Sequence record: SRR20825006_2606
DNA length: 44,988 bases
Strand: one strand, 5' to 3'
The notes beneath the pieces are model-generated. The model was not told where the DNA came from. It saw only the letters and a program-made list of their open reading frames with translations, and made no database searches. Below are positions 29,744 to 38,660 of the stretch, in pieces. Both the position numbers and the translations under genes were made by a program. Positions within the stretch are counted from its first letter, which is position 1. Each line of letters opens with the position of its first letter.

Positions 29744-31405
29744 ATGAAGTACTTTTCACAACTATCAATATTATTACTACTAGTAATTACAGCGTGCTCC
29801 AAACAGAGTGATACACAGGTGATTACAAATGTTAACGGCTATACCATTACTGGAGATTCTGTTTTGGAGTTTTCGACTATCGCGATGGAGAATGGGAAAA
29901 TTGTTGGTATTGGTGGTGATGAAATTCGGCAGAAATTCTCAGAAGCAACAATTATTGATGGAGAATCAAAAACGATGTTACCTGGCTTAACAGATGCTCA
30001 TGGCCATGTTATGGGGTTAGGATTTCAGGAACTACAAGTGAATGTGGCGGGGATTAAGTCTCTAGATGAAACACTTAAGAAAATAAAAGAATATGCAGAT
30101 GAGAATCCTGATTTGGAATGGATACAAGGTCGTGGCTGGAACCAAACATTGTGGAAAGAAAATGAATTTCCTACAGCCGCAGATTTAGATAAAATAATCT
30201 CAGATCGACCTGTTTGGTTGAGTAGAGTAGATGGGCATGCAGGTTGGGGAAACTCAGTAGCACTCCAAAAAGCCGGTATCAGTAAGGATACACCTGACTC
30301 ACAAGGCGGAAAAATCATTCGAGACTCAAAAGGAAACGCAACTGGCGTTTTTATTGATGCTGCACAGTGGAATATTGACTCTATTGTACCTGAAGCAACA
30401 GAAGTGGAAAGAGAAATGGCGTTTAAAAAAGCGCTTGAGCAAATGAAAAGGATGGGCTTAACATCAGTACATGATGCTGGAGTGAGTGCAAGTGATTGGA
30501 ATTTGTATAAAAAAGTAGCTGATGAGGATAATCTTACTACAAGAATTTATGCTATGATTGGTGGTGCCGGAGAAGAGTTCGATAAATTATCGGAAAAAGG
30601 ACCAGTTGATTCTTACTCGGACGATATGCTTGCTTTGCGAAGTGTGAAGCTCTACTCAGATGGAGCGCTTGGTAGTAGAGGCGCTGCTATGATTGATTCT
30701 TATTCTGACGATCCGGGAAATAATGGGTTACTTTTTTACGACCAAGAACAGATGAACGAAATGGTTCTTAAAGTTACTGAAAAAGGTTTTCAAGCAAATG
30801 TACACGCCATTGGTGATAGAGGAAACAGAGAAGTTCTTAATGCGTTTGAATATTCAAAAGATAAGCTGGGAGAACAAGGACTTAGAAATCGAGTAGAGCA
30901 TGCACAAATTGTATCATTAGATGATATTCCTAGATTTAAAGAGTTGAATATCATCGCATCTATGCAACCAACCCATGCAACAAGTGACAAAAATATGGCT
31001 GAGGATAGAGTTGGTTCCGAGCGAATAAAAGGAAGTTATGCTTGGAAGACATTCCTAGAGCAGGGAACTATTGTTGCTGCCGGTTCTGATTTCCCCGTAG
31101 AGCATTCTAATCCATTCTTTGGATTGTATTCAGCTGTTACACGTATGGATCATGAAGGAGCGCCAAAAGGGGGCTGGTACTCAAATGAAGCTTTAACGCG
31201 AGAAGAGGCATTGAAAGCTTTTACTATAGATGCCGCTTATGCTGGACATCAAGAGGAGTCACTTGGTAGTTTAGAGGTTGGGAAATGGGCAGATTTCATT
31301 CTCATAGATAAAGATTATTTCAATGTATCGGCAAGCGAAATATGGAATATTAAAGTGCTTCAAACTTGGGTGGCAGGCAAAAAAGTATACACTGCTGAAA
31401 TGTAG
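29744..31405 (+). CDS. Amidohydrolase 3 family (YtcJ-like) lipoprotein
   Basis: Lipobox ITAC; PGLTDAHGH, KLYSDGALGSRGA, HAIGDRG, RVEHAQ, MQPTH, GSDFPVE, GKWADF motifs. Confidence 0.9.
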   Translation: MKYFSQLSILLLLVITACSKQSDTQVITNVNGYTITGDSVLEFSTIAMENGKIVGIGGDEIRQKFSEATIIDGESKTMLPGLTDAHGHVMGLGFQELQVNVAGIKSLDETLKKIKEYADENPDLEWIQGRGWNQTLWKENEFPTAADLDKIISDRPVWLSRVDGHAGWGNSVALQKAGISKDTPDSQGGKIIRDSKGNATGVFIDAAQWNIDSIVPEATEVEREMAFKKALEQMKRMGLTSVHDAGVSASDWNLYKKVADEDNLTTRIYAMIGGAGEEFDKLSEKGPVDSYSDDMLALRSVKLYSDGALGSRGAAMIDSYSDDPGNNGLLFYDQEQMNEMVLKVTEKGFQANVHAIGDRGNREVLNAFEYSKDKLGEQGLRNRVEHAQIVSLDDIPRFKELNIIASMQPTHATSDKNMAEDRVGSERIKGSYAWKTFLEQGTIVAAGSDFPVEHSNPFFGLYSAVTRMDHEGAPKGGWYSNEALTREEALKAFTIDAAYAGHQEESLGSLEVGKWADFILIDKDYFNVSASEIWNIKVLQTWVAGKKVYTAEM

Positions 31406-31432
31406 AAATCATTGTCAGAAAAAATTCTTCAT

Positions 31433-31460
31433 AAAGCCTCTTTTTAAAGAGGCTTTTTTT
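31433..31460 (+). terminator. Intrinsic terminator after the amidohydrolase
   Basis: AAAGCCTCTTTTTAAAGAGGC followed by T7. Confidence 0.8.
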
Positions 31461-31510
31461 GGAGCTGATTAAAATATACCATAGATTATATGTATAAAAC
31501 ATGTGTATAT

Positions 31511-32572
31511 ATGAATGAATTACAAAACCCACTTCGAGGAAGAGGCGCCTCAGATAATCCAGTCAATCGTTTTGAAGGCAATTATGTGGATTACGAACTT
31601 GATGAAGAAACGGGTGAAAAGCCATCTCCTAAAACCCAACTATTCTCTGACGATACCAAACAAGTTATATCATGGAATAAGAGCCCTGATATTCCATTCG
31701 AAGCTGGCTTAAATCCGTATAGAGGATGTGAACATGGTTGTATTTATTGTTATGCACGTCCTTATCATGAGTATTTAGGGTTCTCTGCTGGGGTAGATTT
31801 TGAAAGTAAGATTGTAGTTAAATATAACGCGGCAGAGTTACTCAGAAAGCAATTCATTTCTCCAAAATGGAAACCACAAGTGGTGGTGATGAGTGGCGTA
31901 ACCGATTGCTATCAGCCTATAGAGAGAAAGCTAGAAATAACTCGAAACTGTTTAAAAGTCTTTGCCGAGTTTAGAAATCCAGTAGGTATTATCACAAAGA
32001 ATCATCTCGTTACGAGAGATATAGATTACCTTAAAGAGCTTAGTGATCAGAACTGTGTTAGCGTAACTATTTCTGTTACTTCTTTAGATAATAAGCTAAC
32101 GGAAATTATGGAGCCGAGAACCTCGCGTGCAAAAAGAAGGCTCGAAGCAATTGAGAAGCTAGCGAAAGCTAACATCCCTGTAAGAGTTAATGTTGCGCCT
32201 ATTATACCCGGTTTAACCGATCATGAGCTTCCAAGTATATTACAATCAGCGTATGATGCCGGCGCAACACAAGCAAGCTACATTATTGTAAGATTACCTT
32301 ATAAGGTAAAAGACTTGTTTTGTGATTGGCTCGAGCAACACTACCCTGATAGAAAAGAAAAAGTAGAAAATAGATTACTAGATATGCGGGGGGGCAAGCT
32401 TTATAATTCTGATTGGAGCAACCGGATGAAAGGTCAGGGTGTTTTTGCTAAACAAATTAAAGATGTATTTGATGTACAAATAAAGCGACTAGGAATGAAT
32501 TCGGTTCATCATCCCTTAACTACTGACAATTTCATTAAAAAATCAGGAGACCAGTTACAATTGTTTACATAA
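31511..32572 (+). CDS. Radical SAM protein, PA0069/Rv2578c (spore-photoproduct-lyase-like) family
   Basis: RGRGA..NP..RF, NPYRGCEHGCIYCYARP (CxxxCxxC), TDCYQPIER, APIIPGLTDHE, C-terminal QLQLF; start at 31511 preferred over 31490. Confidence 0.9.
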   Translation: MNELQNPLRGRGASDNPVNRFEGNYVDYELDEETGEKPSPKTQLFSDDTKQVISWNKSPDIPFEAGLNPYRGCEHGCIYCYARPYHEYLGFSAGVDFESKIVVKYNAAELLRKQFISPKWKPQVVVMSGVTDCYQPIERKLEITRNCLKVFAEFRNPVGIITKNHLVTRDIDYLKELSDQNCVSVTISVTSLDNKLTEIMEPRTSRAKRRLEAIEKLAKANIPVRVNVAPIIPGLTDHELPSILQSAYDAGATQASYIIVRLPYKVKDLFCDWLEQHYPDRKEKVENRLLDMRGGKLYNSDWSNRMKGQGVFAKQIKDVFDVQIKRLGMNSVHHPLTTDNFIKKSGDQLQLFT

Positions 32573-32618
32573 AGTGTGGTAAATGAATTATTAAATGACA
32601 TTCGTTTACAAACTTGTG

Positions 32619-32644
32619 GGAAACTTTTTCCAAGTTCGTTCGTC
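32619..32644 (+). promoter_or_regulatory. Putative ECF sigma promoter of sRNA-2
   Basis: GGAAAC-tttttccaagttcgtt(N16)-CGTC, close to the SigW/SigM-type consensus TGAAAC-N16-CGT(A/C). Confidence 0.55.
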
Positions 32645-32649
32645 TTTAA

Positions 32650-32731
32650 TGATGTAGCCTCCCGGTACCCAATGCTAGAGAGTCATATTAGAGATAATAA
32701 TATATTTATTTTTGGGTATCGGGTTTTTTTT
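32650..32731 (+). ncRNA. Candidate ECF-dependent small RNA (sRNA-2)
   Basis: Follows an ECF-like promoter; 12-bp stem CCCGGTACCCAA (32661-32672) / TTGGGTATCGGG (32712-32723) enclosing a 39-nt loop, then T8; shares a motif with sRNA-1. The 5' end is estimated. Confidence 0.5.
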
Positions 32732-32851
32732 GTCCGGTTGTCAAGCTTTTCTATTACTTGCCGTTCTTGAAAGAAGTCTCAATTATTGTCCCGCTCATTC
32801 AATATCTTTAGGCAAAATTCATTATTAATTTATAAATCTGACATATTTATA

Positions 32852-33439
32852 ATGGCTGCAACCTCATCTAGAATGCTACAATTGGGAACAAAGGCTCCAT
32901 CTTTTTCGCTTATCAACGCCACTGGCGGAGTAGTTTCTTTGTCTAATTTTGATGAAGCAAAAGTTTTAGTGGTTATGTTTATATGTAACCACTGCCCATA
33001 TGTTATGCATTTAAATAAAGCACTGGTAGAATTTGCTAACGATTTTAAAGCAATGGGAGTAGAATGCGTAGCAATCAGTTCTAATGATGTTGAGAAATAT
33101 CCTCAAGACGGAATTGAATTTATGGCACAATTGGCTAAAGAAATGTGCTTTCCTTTCCCGTATTTACTTGATGAAACACAAGAGATAGCAAAGGCTTATC
33201 AAGCTGCTTGTACTCCCGATTTTTATGTTTTCGACAGTAATAAGAACTTGTACTATAGAGGTCAGTTCGATAATAGTCGACCAGGAAACGACAAACTTGT
33301 AACAGGTTCTGATTTAAGAGGCGCAACACAAGCTCTTCTTGGTGGGAAGTCATCCTATGAGCCTCAAATACCTAGCATTGGTTGCAATATAAAATGGAAA
33401 TCAGGCAATGAGCCTGAATATTTTAAAGTTAAAAAATAA
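32852..33439 (+). CDS. Thioredoxin family protein (AhpC/TSA, PRX-like1)
   Basis: LGTKAPSFSL, FICNHCPYV, ISSNDVEKYPQD, AACTPDF, YRGQFD, SIGCNIKWK motifs; ATG 32852 preferred. Confidence 0.9.
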   Translation: MAATSSRMLQLGTKAPSFSLINATGGVVSLSNFDEAKVLVVMFICNHCPYVMHLNKALVEFANDFKAMGVECVAISSNDVEKYPQDGIEFMAQLAKEMCFPFPYLLDETQEIAKAYQAACTPDFYVFDSNKNLYYRGQFDNSRPGNDKLVTGSDLRGATQALLGGKSSYEPQIPSIGCNIKWKSGNEPEYFKVKK

Positions 33440-34083
33440 TGGATAAGATTGAACTTCAGAAGCTAAGAGAAGATTATTCCCTAAGCAGTTTAGACGAAAG
33501 TGATGTGCTTCAAAACCCAATAGAGCAATTTAAGCAATGGATTCAGGAAGCTTTAAAAGCGGGTGTTCCAGAGCCAAATGCAATGAATTTAGCTACAGTT
33601 GATAACGAGGGTAGACCTCATTCACGTATCGTTCTATTAAAAGGATTTGATGAAAATGGTTTCGTGTTTTTTACAAATTACGCTAGTGATAAAGGCCGTG
33701 AAATTGAAGCAAACCATAATGTATCAATTTGTTTCTTTTGGATAGAGTTGGAACGACAAGTCCGAATAGATGGTGTTGCCAAAAAGATAACAAAAGCGGA
33801 GAGTGAGGCTTACTTTAAATCTCGACCTCATAAAAGCCAGGTAGGTGCATTAGCTTCAAACCAAAGTGAAGTTGTTGAAAATAGATTGTTCTTAGAACAA
33901 AAATTTGAAAAGCTGGAAGCAGAGTTTGTTGAAGGTGAAGTGCCAATGCCAGAAACGTGGGGTGGATATGTAATTGAGCCATCCGTCATAGAGTTTTGGC
34001 AAGGAAGAAGAAGTCGCTTACACGACAGGATTAAGTACGAACGGAAAGCAGATAACTGGATTATAAAAAGACTATCACCCTGA
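33439..34083 (+). CDS. pdxH: Pyridoxamine 5'-phosphate oxidase
   Basis: LREDY, RIVLLKG, FFTNY, ERQVRI, YFKSRP, EFWQGRRSRLHDR, RLSP motifs. Confidence 0.97.
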   Translation: MDKIELQKLREDYSLSSLDESDVLQNPIEQFKQWIQEALKAGVPEPNAMNLATVDNEGRPHSRIVLLKGFDENGFVFFTNYASDKGREIEANHNVSICFFWIELERQVRIDGVAKKITKAESEAYFKSRPHKSQVGALASNQSEVVENRLFLEQKFEKLEAEFVEGEVPMPETWGGYVIEPSVIEFWQGRRSRLHDRIKYERKADNWIIKRLSP

Positions 34084-34084
34084 T

Positions 34085-34741
34085 ATGCCCAAAATTAAGA
34101 AAAGACGGTTCGAAGAAATGCGAGCCAAAGAAAATGTGCTTGAATGGAGCGATTACAATAGCGCTAATCCATTTCCAAAAGGCACATGGAATGCAGATGT
34201 TTTTAAGAATTCGAACCCTATAACTCTCGAGTTGGCTTGTGGAAAGGGAGAATACTCAGTAGGTCTTGCCCAGCTATATCCAGAATTGAATCTGGTTGGA
34301 GTTGATATTAAAGGTAATAGAATGTGGGTTGGTGCAACTGAAGCTCAAGAAAAAGGATTAGAAAATGTTCGTTTTCTAAGAGCATATATAGATCATTTAG
34401 ATCAGTTTTTTGCTGAAGGCGAAGTTGATGAACTTTGGATTCTCTTCTCAGATCCCTACATCAGAAAAGAAAGAAAACGTCTTACTGCACCCAAGTTCTT
34501 AGCTTTATACAGGAAGTTTTTAAAACCAGGAGGTATCATAAATCTAAAAACAGATAGTGATGTTCTCTATGAATACACCAAAGAAATAATTGAAGAGGAG
34601 AACTTGGAACTTCTTCGGGATATTTCGGATGTGCATGCAGAGTGCCCCAATGACTCTGAACTGGCTATAAAAACGTACTACGAACAAATGCATCTTAAAA
34701 ACGGAAAGCCAAGCAAATTTCTTTCCTTTAAGCTCTCCTAG
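34085..34741 (+). CDS. trmB: tRNA (guanine-N7)-methyltransferase
   Basis: LELACGKGEY, GVDIKGNRMW, FSDP, RLT, LKTDS, TYYE motifs (Bacteroidota-type TrmB). Confidence 0.92.
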   Translation: MPKIKKRRFEEMRAKENVLEWSDYNSANPFPKGTWNADVFKNSNPITLELACGKGEYSVGLAQLYPELNLVGVDIKGNRMWVGATEAQEKGLENVRFLRAYIDHLDQFFAEGEVDELWILFSDPYIRKERKRLTAPKFLALYRKFLKPGGIINLKTDSDVLYEYTKEIIEEENLELLRDISDVHAECPNDSELAIKTYYEQMHLKNGKPSKFLSFKLS

Positions 34742-34778
34742 AAATTTTTGTAGAATACTTGATTTTAGAGATGGAATA

Positions 34779-34807
34779 GTTAACTTCGATAAGTTAACAC
34801 TGTTAAC
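34779..34807. promoter_or_regulatory. Putative TetR operator
   Basis: Perfect palindrome GTTAACA-C-TGTTAAC (34793-34807) plus a third GTTAAC at 34779, ending 12 nt upstream of the TetR ATG. Confidence 0.6.
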
Positions 34808-34819
34808 CAGTTATAAATA

Positions 34820-35422
34820 ATGGATACTCAGGAAATTACTTTACGAGACAAAATACTAGAAATTAGTAGGCGACAACTTTTTGTTGAAGGGCATAAATCG
34901 TTATCAATGCGAGGTATAGCAAAAAAGGTTGGAGTTTCTGCAACGAGTATATATCTATATTTCGAGAATAAAGATCATCTCTTACACACATTAATTGAAG
35001 AATCGGTTGAGGACTTAAGTTCCACAATCGAGCAAGAAGTAGTTGGTAAAGTAGGTACCATCGACAAATTTGAAGCTACAATTAATGGTTACGTTAATTT
35101 TGCTATGAATAACCCCGAAAAGTATGACATTATCTATAATGTGAATTCTACAGCAATGTCTCGCTACCCGAAAGAAAAGTTTAGGAAAGCACGACGAAGT
35201 TATGAATCGCTAGTTAAGGTAATTGAAGAGGGAGTTTCTGAAGGATTGATGGCCTTGGAAAGCCCCGTAATTGCTGCATATTCAATTTGGGCACAATTAC
35301 ACGGGGTTGTATCGGTAGTTCTTAACCAACGTTTAGATAGCCGAATAGATAAAGATAGGTTTATAAAAGAGTCTCTAGAGCATATTGTTCAAGGGTTCTT
35401 AGTTAGAACAACAGTTTCATAA
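34820..35422 (+). CDS. TetR/AcrR family transcriptional regulator
   Basis: HTH LSMRGIAKKVGVSATSIYLYFENKDHL; C-terminal WAQLHG (WHG-type). Confidence 0.92.
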   Translation: MDTQEITLRDKILEISRRQLFVEGHKSLSMRGIAKKVGVSATSIYLYFENKDHLLHTLIEESVEDLSSTIEQEVVGKVGTIDKFEATINGYVNFAMNNPEKYDIIYNVNSTAMSRYPKEKFRKARRSYESLVKVIEEGVSEGLMALESPVIAAYSIWAQLHGVVSVVLNQRLDSRIDKDRFIKESLEHIVQGFLVRTTVS

Positions 35423-35436
35423 ATAATGGAGAAAAA

Positions 35437-37929
35437 ATGGATGGATTAATGAATTTACTTGGATTCTTTTCTGAGATGCCGTTATGGGCGTCTATTGGTT
35501 CTGTAGTATTGGTATTGCTAGTATTAGGTTATACAGGCGCGCCTCTATTTCTGTGGACTATTGCAGGCTATGCAGTATTAATTGGGTTAGCTGCACCAGA
35601 ATGGCTATTTATTGTATTTACAGTTGTGGCTGTAATATTCAATGTTAAGCCAATACGACGAACTTTGATAAGTGCACCAGTTATGAAATTACTGGATGTA
35701 CTAAACTTCCTGCCAACAATTTCAGAAACAGAACAAACCGCTATTGAAGCTGGTACCGTTTGGGTTGAAGGTGAATTGTTCTCCGGAAAACCAGACTTTA
35801 AACGAATTTTAAACGAATCATACCCTGAGTTAAGCGACGAAGAGCAAGCTTTTTTGGATGGACCTGTGGAAGCGCTTTGCGGAATGGTTACTGATTGGGA
35901 AGTATTTGTTAAAAAAGACTTTGAAGATGATGTTTGGGACTATATGCGTAAGGAAGGATTCTTTGGGTTAATAATTCCAAAGAAATATGGAGGACATGAG
36001 TTTACAGCAACAGCTCATAGTGCAATTGTAGCAAAACTAGCTTCTCGATGTGGCCCACTCGCTACTACAGTTATGGTTCCTAACTCATTAGGGCCAGCTG
36101 AACTATTGATGCATTATGGTACTCAGAAACAAAAAGATCATTATTTGCCTAAGCTTGCAACGGGTGAAGAAATGCCATGTTTTGCTCTTACTGAGCCAAG
36201 TGCAGGTTCTGATGCCGGTGGAATGACCTCGCATGGTGAAGTATTTAAAGGCGAAGACGGAGAACTGTATCTAAAATTAAACTGGAATAAGAGATACATC
36301 ACTTTAGCTGCAATATCTACAGTAATTGGTTTAGCATTTAAGCTACGAGATCCAGAAAATCTTTTAGGTAAAGGCGAGGAGCTTGGTATTACTTGTGCTT
36401 TGATTCCATCAAGTACTAAAGGTGTTGAGTTAGGTAAGAGACACGATCCGTTAGGAGTTCCATTCTATAATTGTCCAACGCATGGTCGCGACGTAATTGT
36501 TCCTATAGATGCGATTATCGGGGATAAAGAAGGTGCTGGTAATGGCTGGCGAATGCTTATGGAATCATTAGCAGTAGGAAGAGGGATTTCACTTCCGGCT
36601 CAGGGATTGGGTGGCGCTAAAATGTCGACCAGAGCAGTTGGAGCTTATGCTGCTATCCGTAAACAATTCGGATTGAATATTGGGAAATTCGAAGGTATTG
36701 AAGAACCAATGGCTCGAATTGGTGGCTACACTTATTTGATGGAAGCTGCACGAAAATATACAACGGGCGGTTTGGATAAAGGTGCCAAGCCAGCAGTTGT
36801 GACTGCCATCGCAAAGTACAATTTCACTGAGTTAACCCGTGAGATTATAAACGATGCAATGGATATTGTAGGCGGGTCTGGAATTTCTAGAGGTCCACGA
36901 AATATTTTTGCAAACGGTTATACATCATTGCCAATTGCCATAACTGTAGAGGGTGCAAACATCCTAACAAGAACCTTGATGATATTTGGACAAGGCGCTA
37001 TTCGTTGCCATCCATATGCCTTTAATGAAATCAATGCATTGATGAATAAAGACACCAAAGCATTTGATGATAATTTCTGGCAACATATCGGGCATGTTGT
37101 TCGCAACAAAGTACGAGCTTTCCTTCTCAGCATAACGAGAGGTCGTTTAGCTAGTTCTCCAGTTGGTGGACCTGCAGCTAAGTATTTTAGAAAACTAGCT
37201 TGGGCTTCCGCTTCTTTCGCTTTTTTCACGGATATCGCTTTGGGGTCTTATGGCGGTAGCTTGAAGATGAAGGAAAAAATCGCAGGCCGTTACGCCGATA
37301 TTCTAAGTTTTATGTATTTGTCAGCAGCAACATTACGACGTTTTGAAGCAGAAGGAAGACGCAAAGAAGATCTCGATTTCTTCAACTGGTCAATGCAGTA
37401 TATGTTCTATAGAATGCAGGTTGGTTTTGAAGGAATTCTTAGAGAAATACAAGTTCCAGGTCTAAGTTGGGCATTCAGGTTAATAGGAGTATGGTCGCGA
37501 CTAAACCCAATCGGAACTTATCCTTCTGATCAATTGGGACATAAAGTTGCTCAAGCTATGCAGGTTCCTGGCGAACTAAGAGATCATATAACAGACGGAA
37601 TCTACATTTCTAAAGATCCTCAAGATGCGCTTGGTCGTTATGAGCATACATTAACGCTTATTACTGAAGCTGCACCTATCTACAAAAAGATGTTTGTAGC
37701 TATGAAGAAAAGAGAGTTACCAAAGGCACCACTTTCTGAATTAATTGCACCTGCGTTAGAGAGAGGAGTTATAACTAAAGAGGAGGCTGATTTGGCTACA
37801 AGAGCTGAAGATGCACGAACAGATGCTATTCAAGTTGATGACTTTACTTTGGAAGAATATTTAGCTGAGACACCCACAATGCCTTCTGGAAATGGACTTC
37901 CAACAGAAGAAGTGGTAGGGGTTTCGTAA
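35437..37929 (+). CDS. fadE: Acyl-CoA dehydrogenase, long membrane-anchored FadE type
   Basis: 830 aa; N-terminal TM helices; ISETEQTAIEAG, VMVPNSLGPAELL, CFALTEPSAGSDAG, KRYITLA, ITVEGANILTR; C-terminal IQVDDF. Confidence 0.92.
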   Translation: MDGLMNLLGFFSEMPLWASIGSVVLVLLVLGYTGAPLFLWTIAGYAVLIGLAAPEWLFIVFTVVAVIFNVKPIRRTLISAPVMKLLDVLNFLPTISETEQTAIEAGTVWVEGELFSGKPDFKRILNESYPELSDEEQAFLDGPVEALCGMVTDWEVFVKKDFEDDVWDYMRKEGFFGLIIPKKYGGHEFTATAHSAIVAKLASRCGPLATTVMVPNSLGPAELLMHYGTQKQKDHYLPKLATGEEMPCFALTEPSAGSDAGGMTSHGEVFKGEDGELYLKLNWNKRYITLAAISTVIGLAFKLRDPENLLGKGEELGITCALIPSSTKGVELGKRHDPLGVPFYNCPTHGRDVIVPIDAIIGDKEGAGNGWRMLMESLAVGRGISLPAQGLGGAKMSTRAVGAYAAIRKQFGLNIGKFEGIEEPMARIGGYTYLMEAARKYTTGGLDKGAKPAVVTAIAKYNFTELTREIINDAMDIVGGSGISRGPRNIFANGYTSLPIAITVEGANILTRTLMIFGQGAIRCHPYAFNEINALMNKDTKAFDDNFWQHIGHVVRNKVRAFLLSITRGRLASSPVGGPAAKYFRKLAWASASFAFFTDIALGSYGGSLKMKEKIAGRYADILSFMYLSAATLRRFEAEGRRKEDLDFFNWSMQYMFYRMQVGFEGILREIQVPGLSWAFRLIGVWSRLNPIGTYPSDQLGHKVAQAMQVPGELRDHITDGIYISKDPQDALGRYEHTLTLITEAAPIYKKMFVAMKKRELPKAPLSELIAPALERGVITKEEADLATRAEDARTDAIQVDDFTLEEYLAETPTMPSGNGLPTEEVVGVS

Positions 37930-37969
37930 GCAAACTCTCAAATTCTCATTGTTATTGTGACATAATATT

Positions 37970-38003
37970 AGCTCTGTAGATTGATCTCTGCAGGGCTTTT
38001 TTT
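37970..38003 (+). terminator. Intrinsic terminator after fadE
   Basis: AGCTCTGTAGA...TCTGCAGGGC followed by T7 (G-U pairs in stem). Confidence 0.75.
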
Positions 38004-38081
38004 ATGATTGTAATACTTTCTACTACTAAGAGTAATAAAGAGATGAGTAAAAAGGTGTATATGCTGTAATACTATGAAATA

Positions 38082-38096
38082 TAGATTATTATTCTT
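38082..38096. promoter_or_regulatory. Possible Lrp-family binding site
   Basis: TAGATTATTATTCTT matches 13 of 15 positions of the E. coli Lrp consensus YAGHAWATTWTDCTR; lies upstream of an Lrp gene; AT-rich context weakens it. Confidence 0.3.
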
Positions 38097-38189
38097 TATC
38101 TAATATGATATTAGAATATCAGCAAATAATTTACTTTTATTCTAGTGATATGTATTGTGTAAATAATAGCCAAAAATGAGATTGTTGCT

Positions 38190-38660
38190 ATGCAAAAACT
38201 CCGTTTAGATACCATTGACCAAAATATTCTTGATATACTCCAATCAGAAGGGCGTATTGCAAATAATGAACTTGCAAATCGTATTGGGCTTACGCCAACC
38301 CCCACGTTAGAGCGTGTGAGGCGCCTTGAAAGGGAAGGTGTTATTGAAGGCTACCAAGCAAGGTTGAATAAAGAAAAGGTTGATAAAGGTTTTAGTGCAT
38401 TTATAACAGTTACGTTAGCTGTGCATCAACTTAATTTATTGGAAGAGTTTAGTAATGCAGTTAAAGCGATTCCTGAGATACTGGCTTGTTACAATACTAC
38501 AGGCGAAGGTGACTTTCTTCTTCATGTAGTTGCAAAAGATGTTAAAGACTATGAACTATTGATGAGAACCAAGTTGACTATGCTGCCTGATGTTCAACGG
38601 CTACATACTAGTATTGTCTTAAATACAATTAAAGAACAATCAAACATTCCTGTGCAATGA
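38190..38660 (+). CDS. Lrp/AsnC family transcriptional regulator
   Basis: LDTIDQNILDILQSEGRIANNELANRIGLTPTPTLERVRRLEREGVI HTH; TGEGDFLL ligand-binding domain. Confidence 0.95.
   Translation: MQKLRLDTIDQNILDILQSEGRIANNELANRIGLTPTPTLERVRRLEREGVIEGYQARLNKEKVDKGFSAFITVTLAVHQLNLLEEFSNAVKAIPEILACYNTTGEGDFLLHVVAKDVKDYELLMRTKLTMLPDVQRLHTSIVLNTIKEQSNIPVQ

Noticed and set aside
32576-32770. 64-aa plus-strand ORF over the sRNA-2 region
   Set aside because: GTG start, no recognisable motif, and it runs through a strong terminator; likely spurious.
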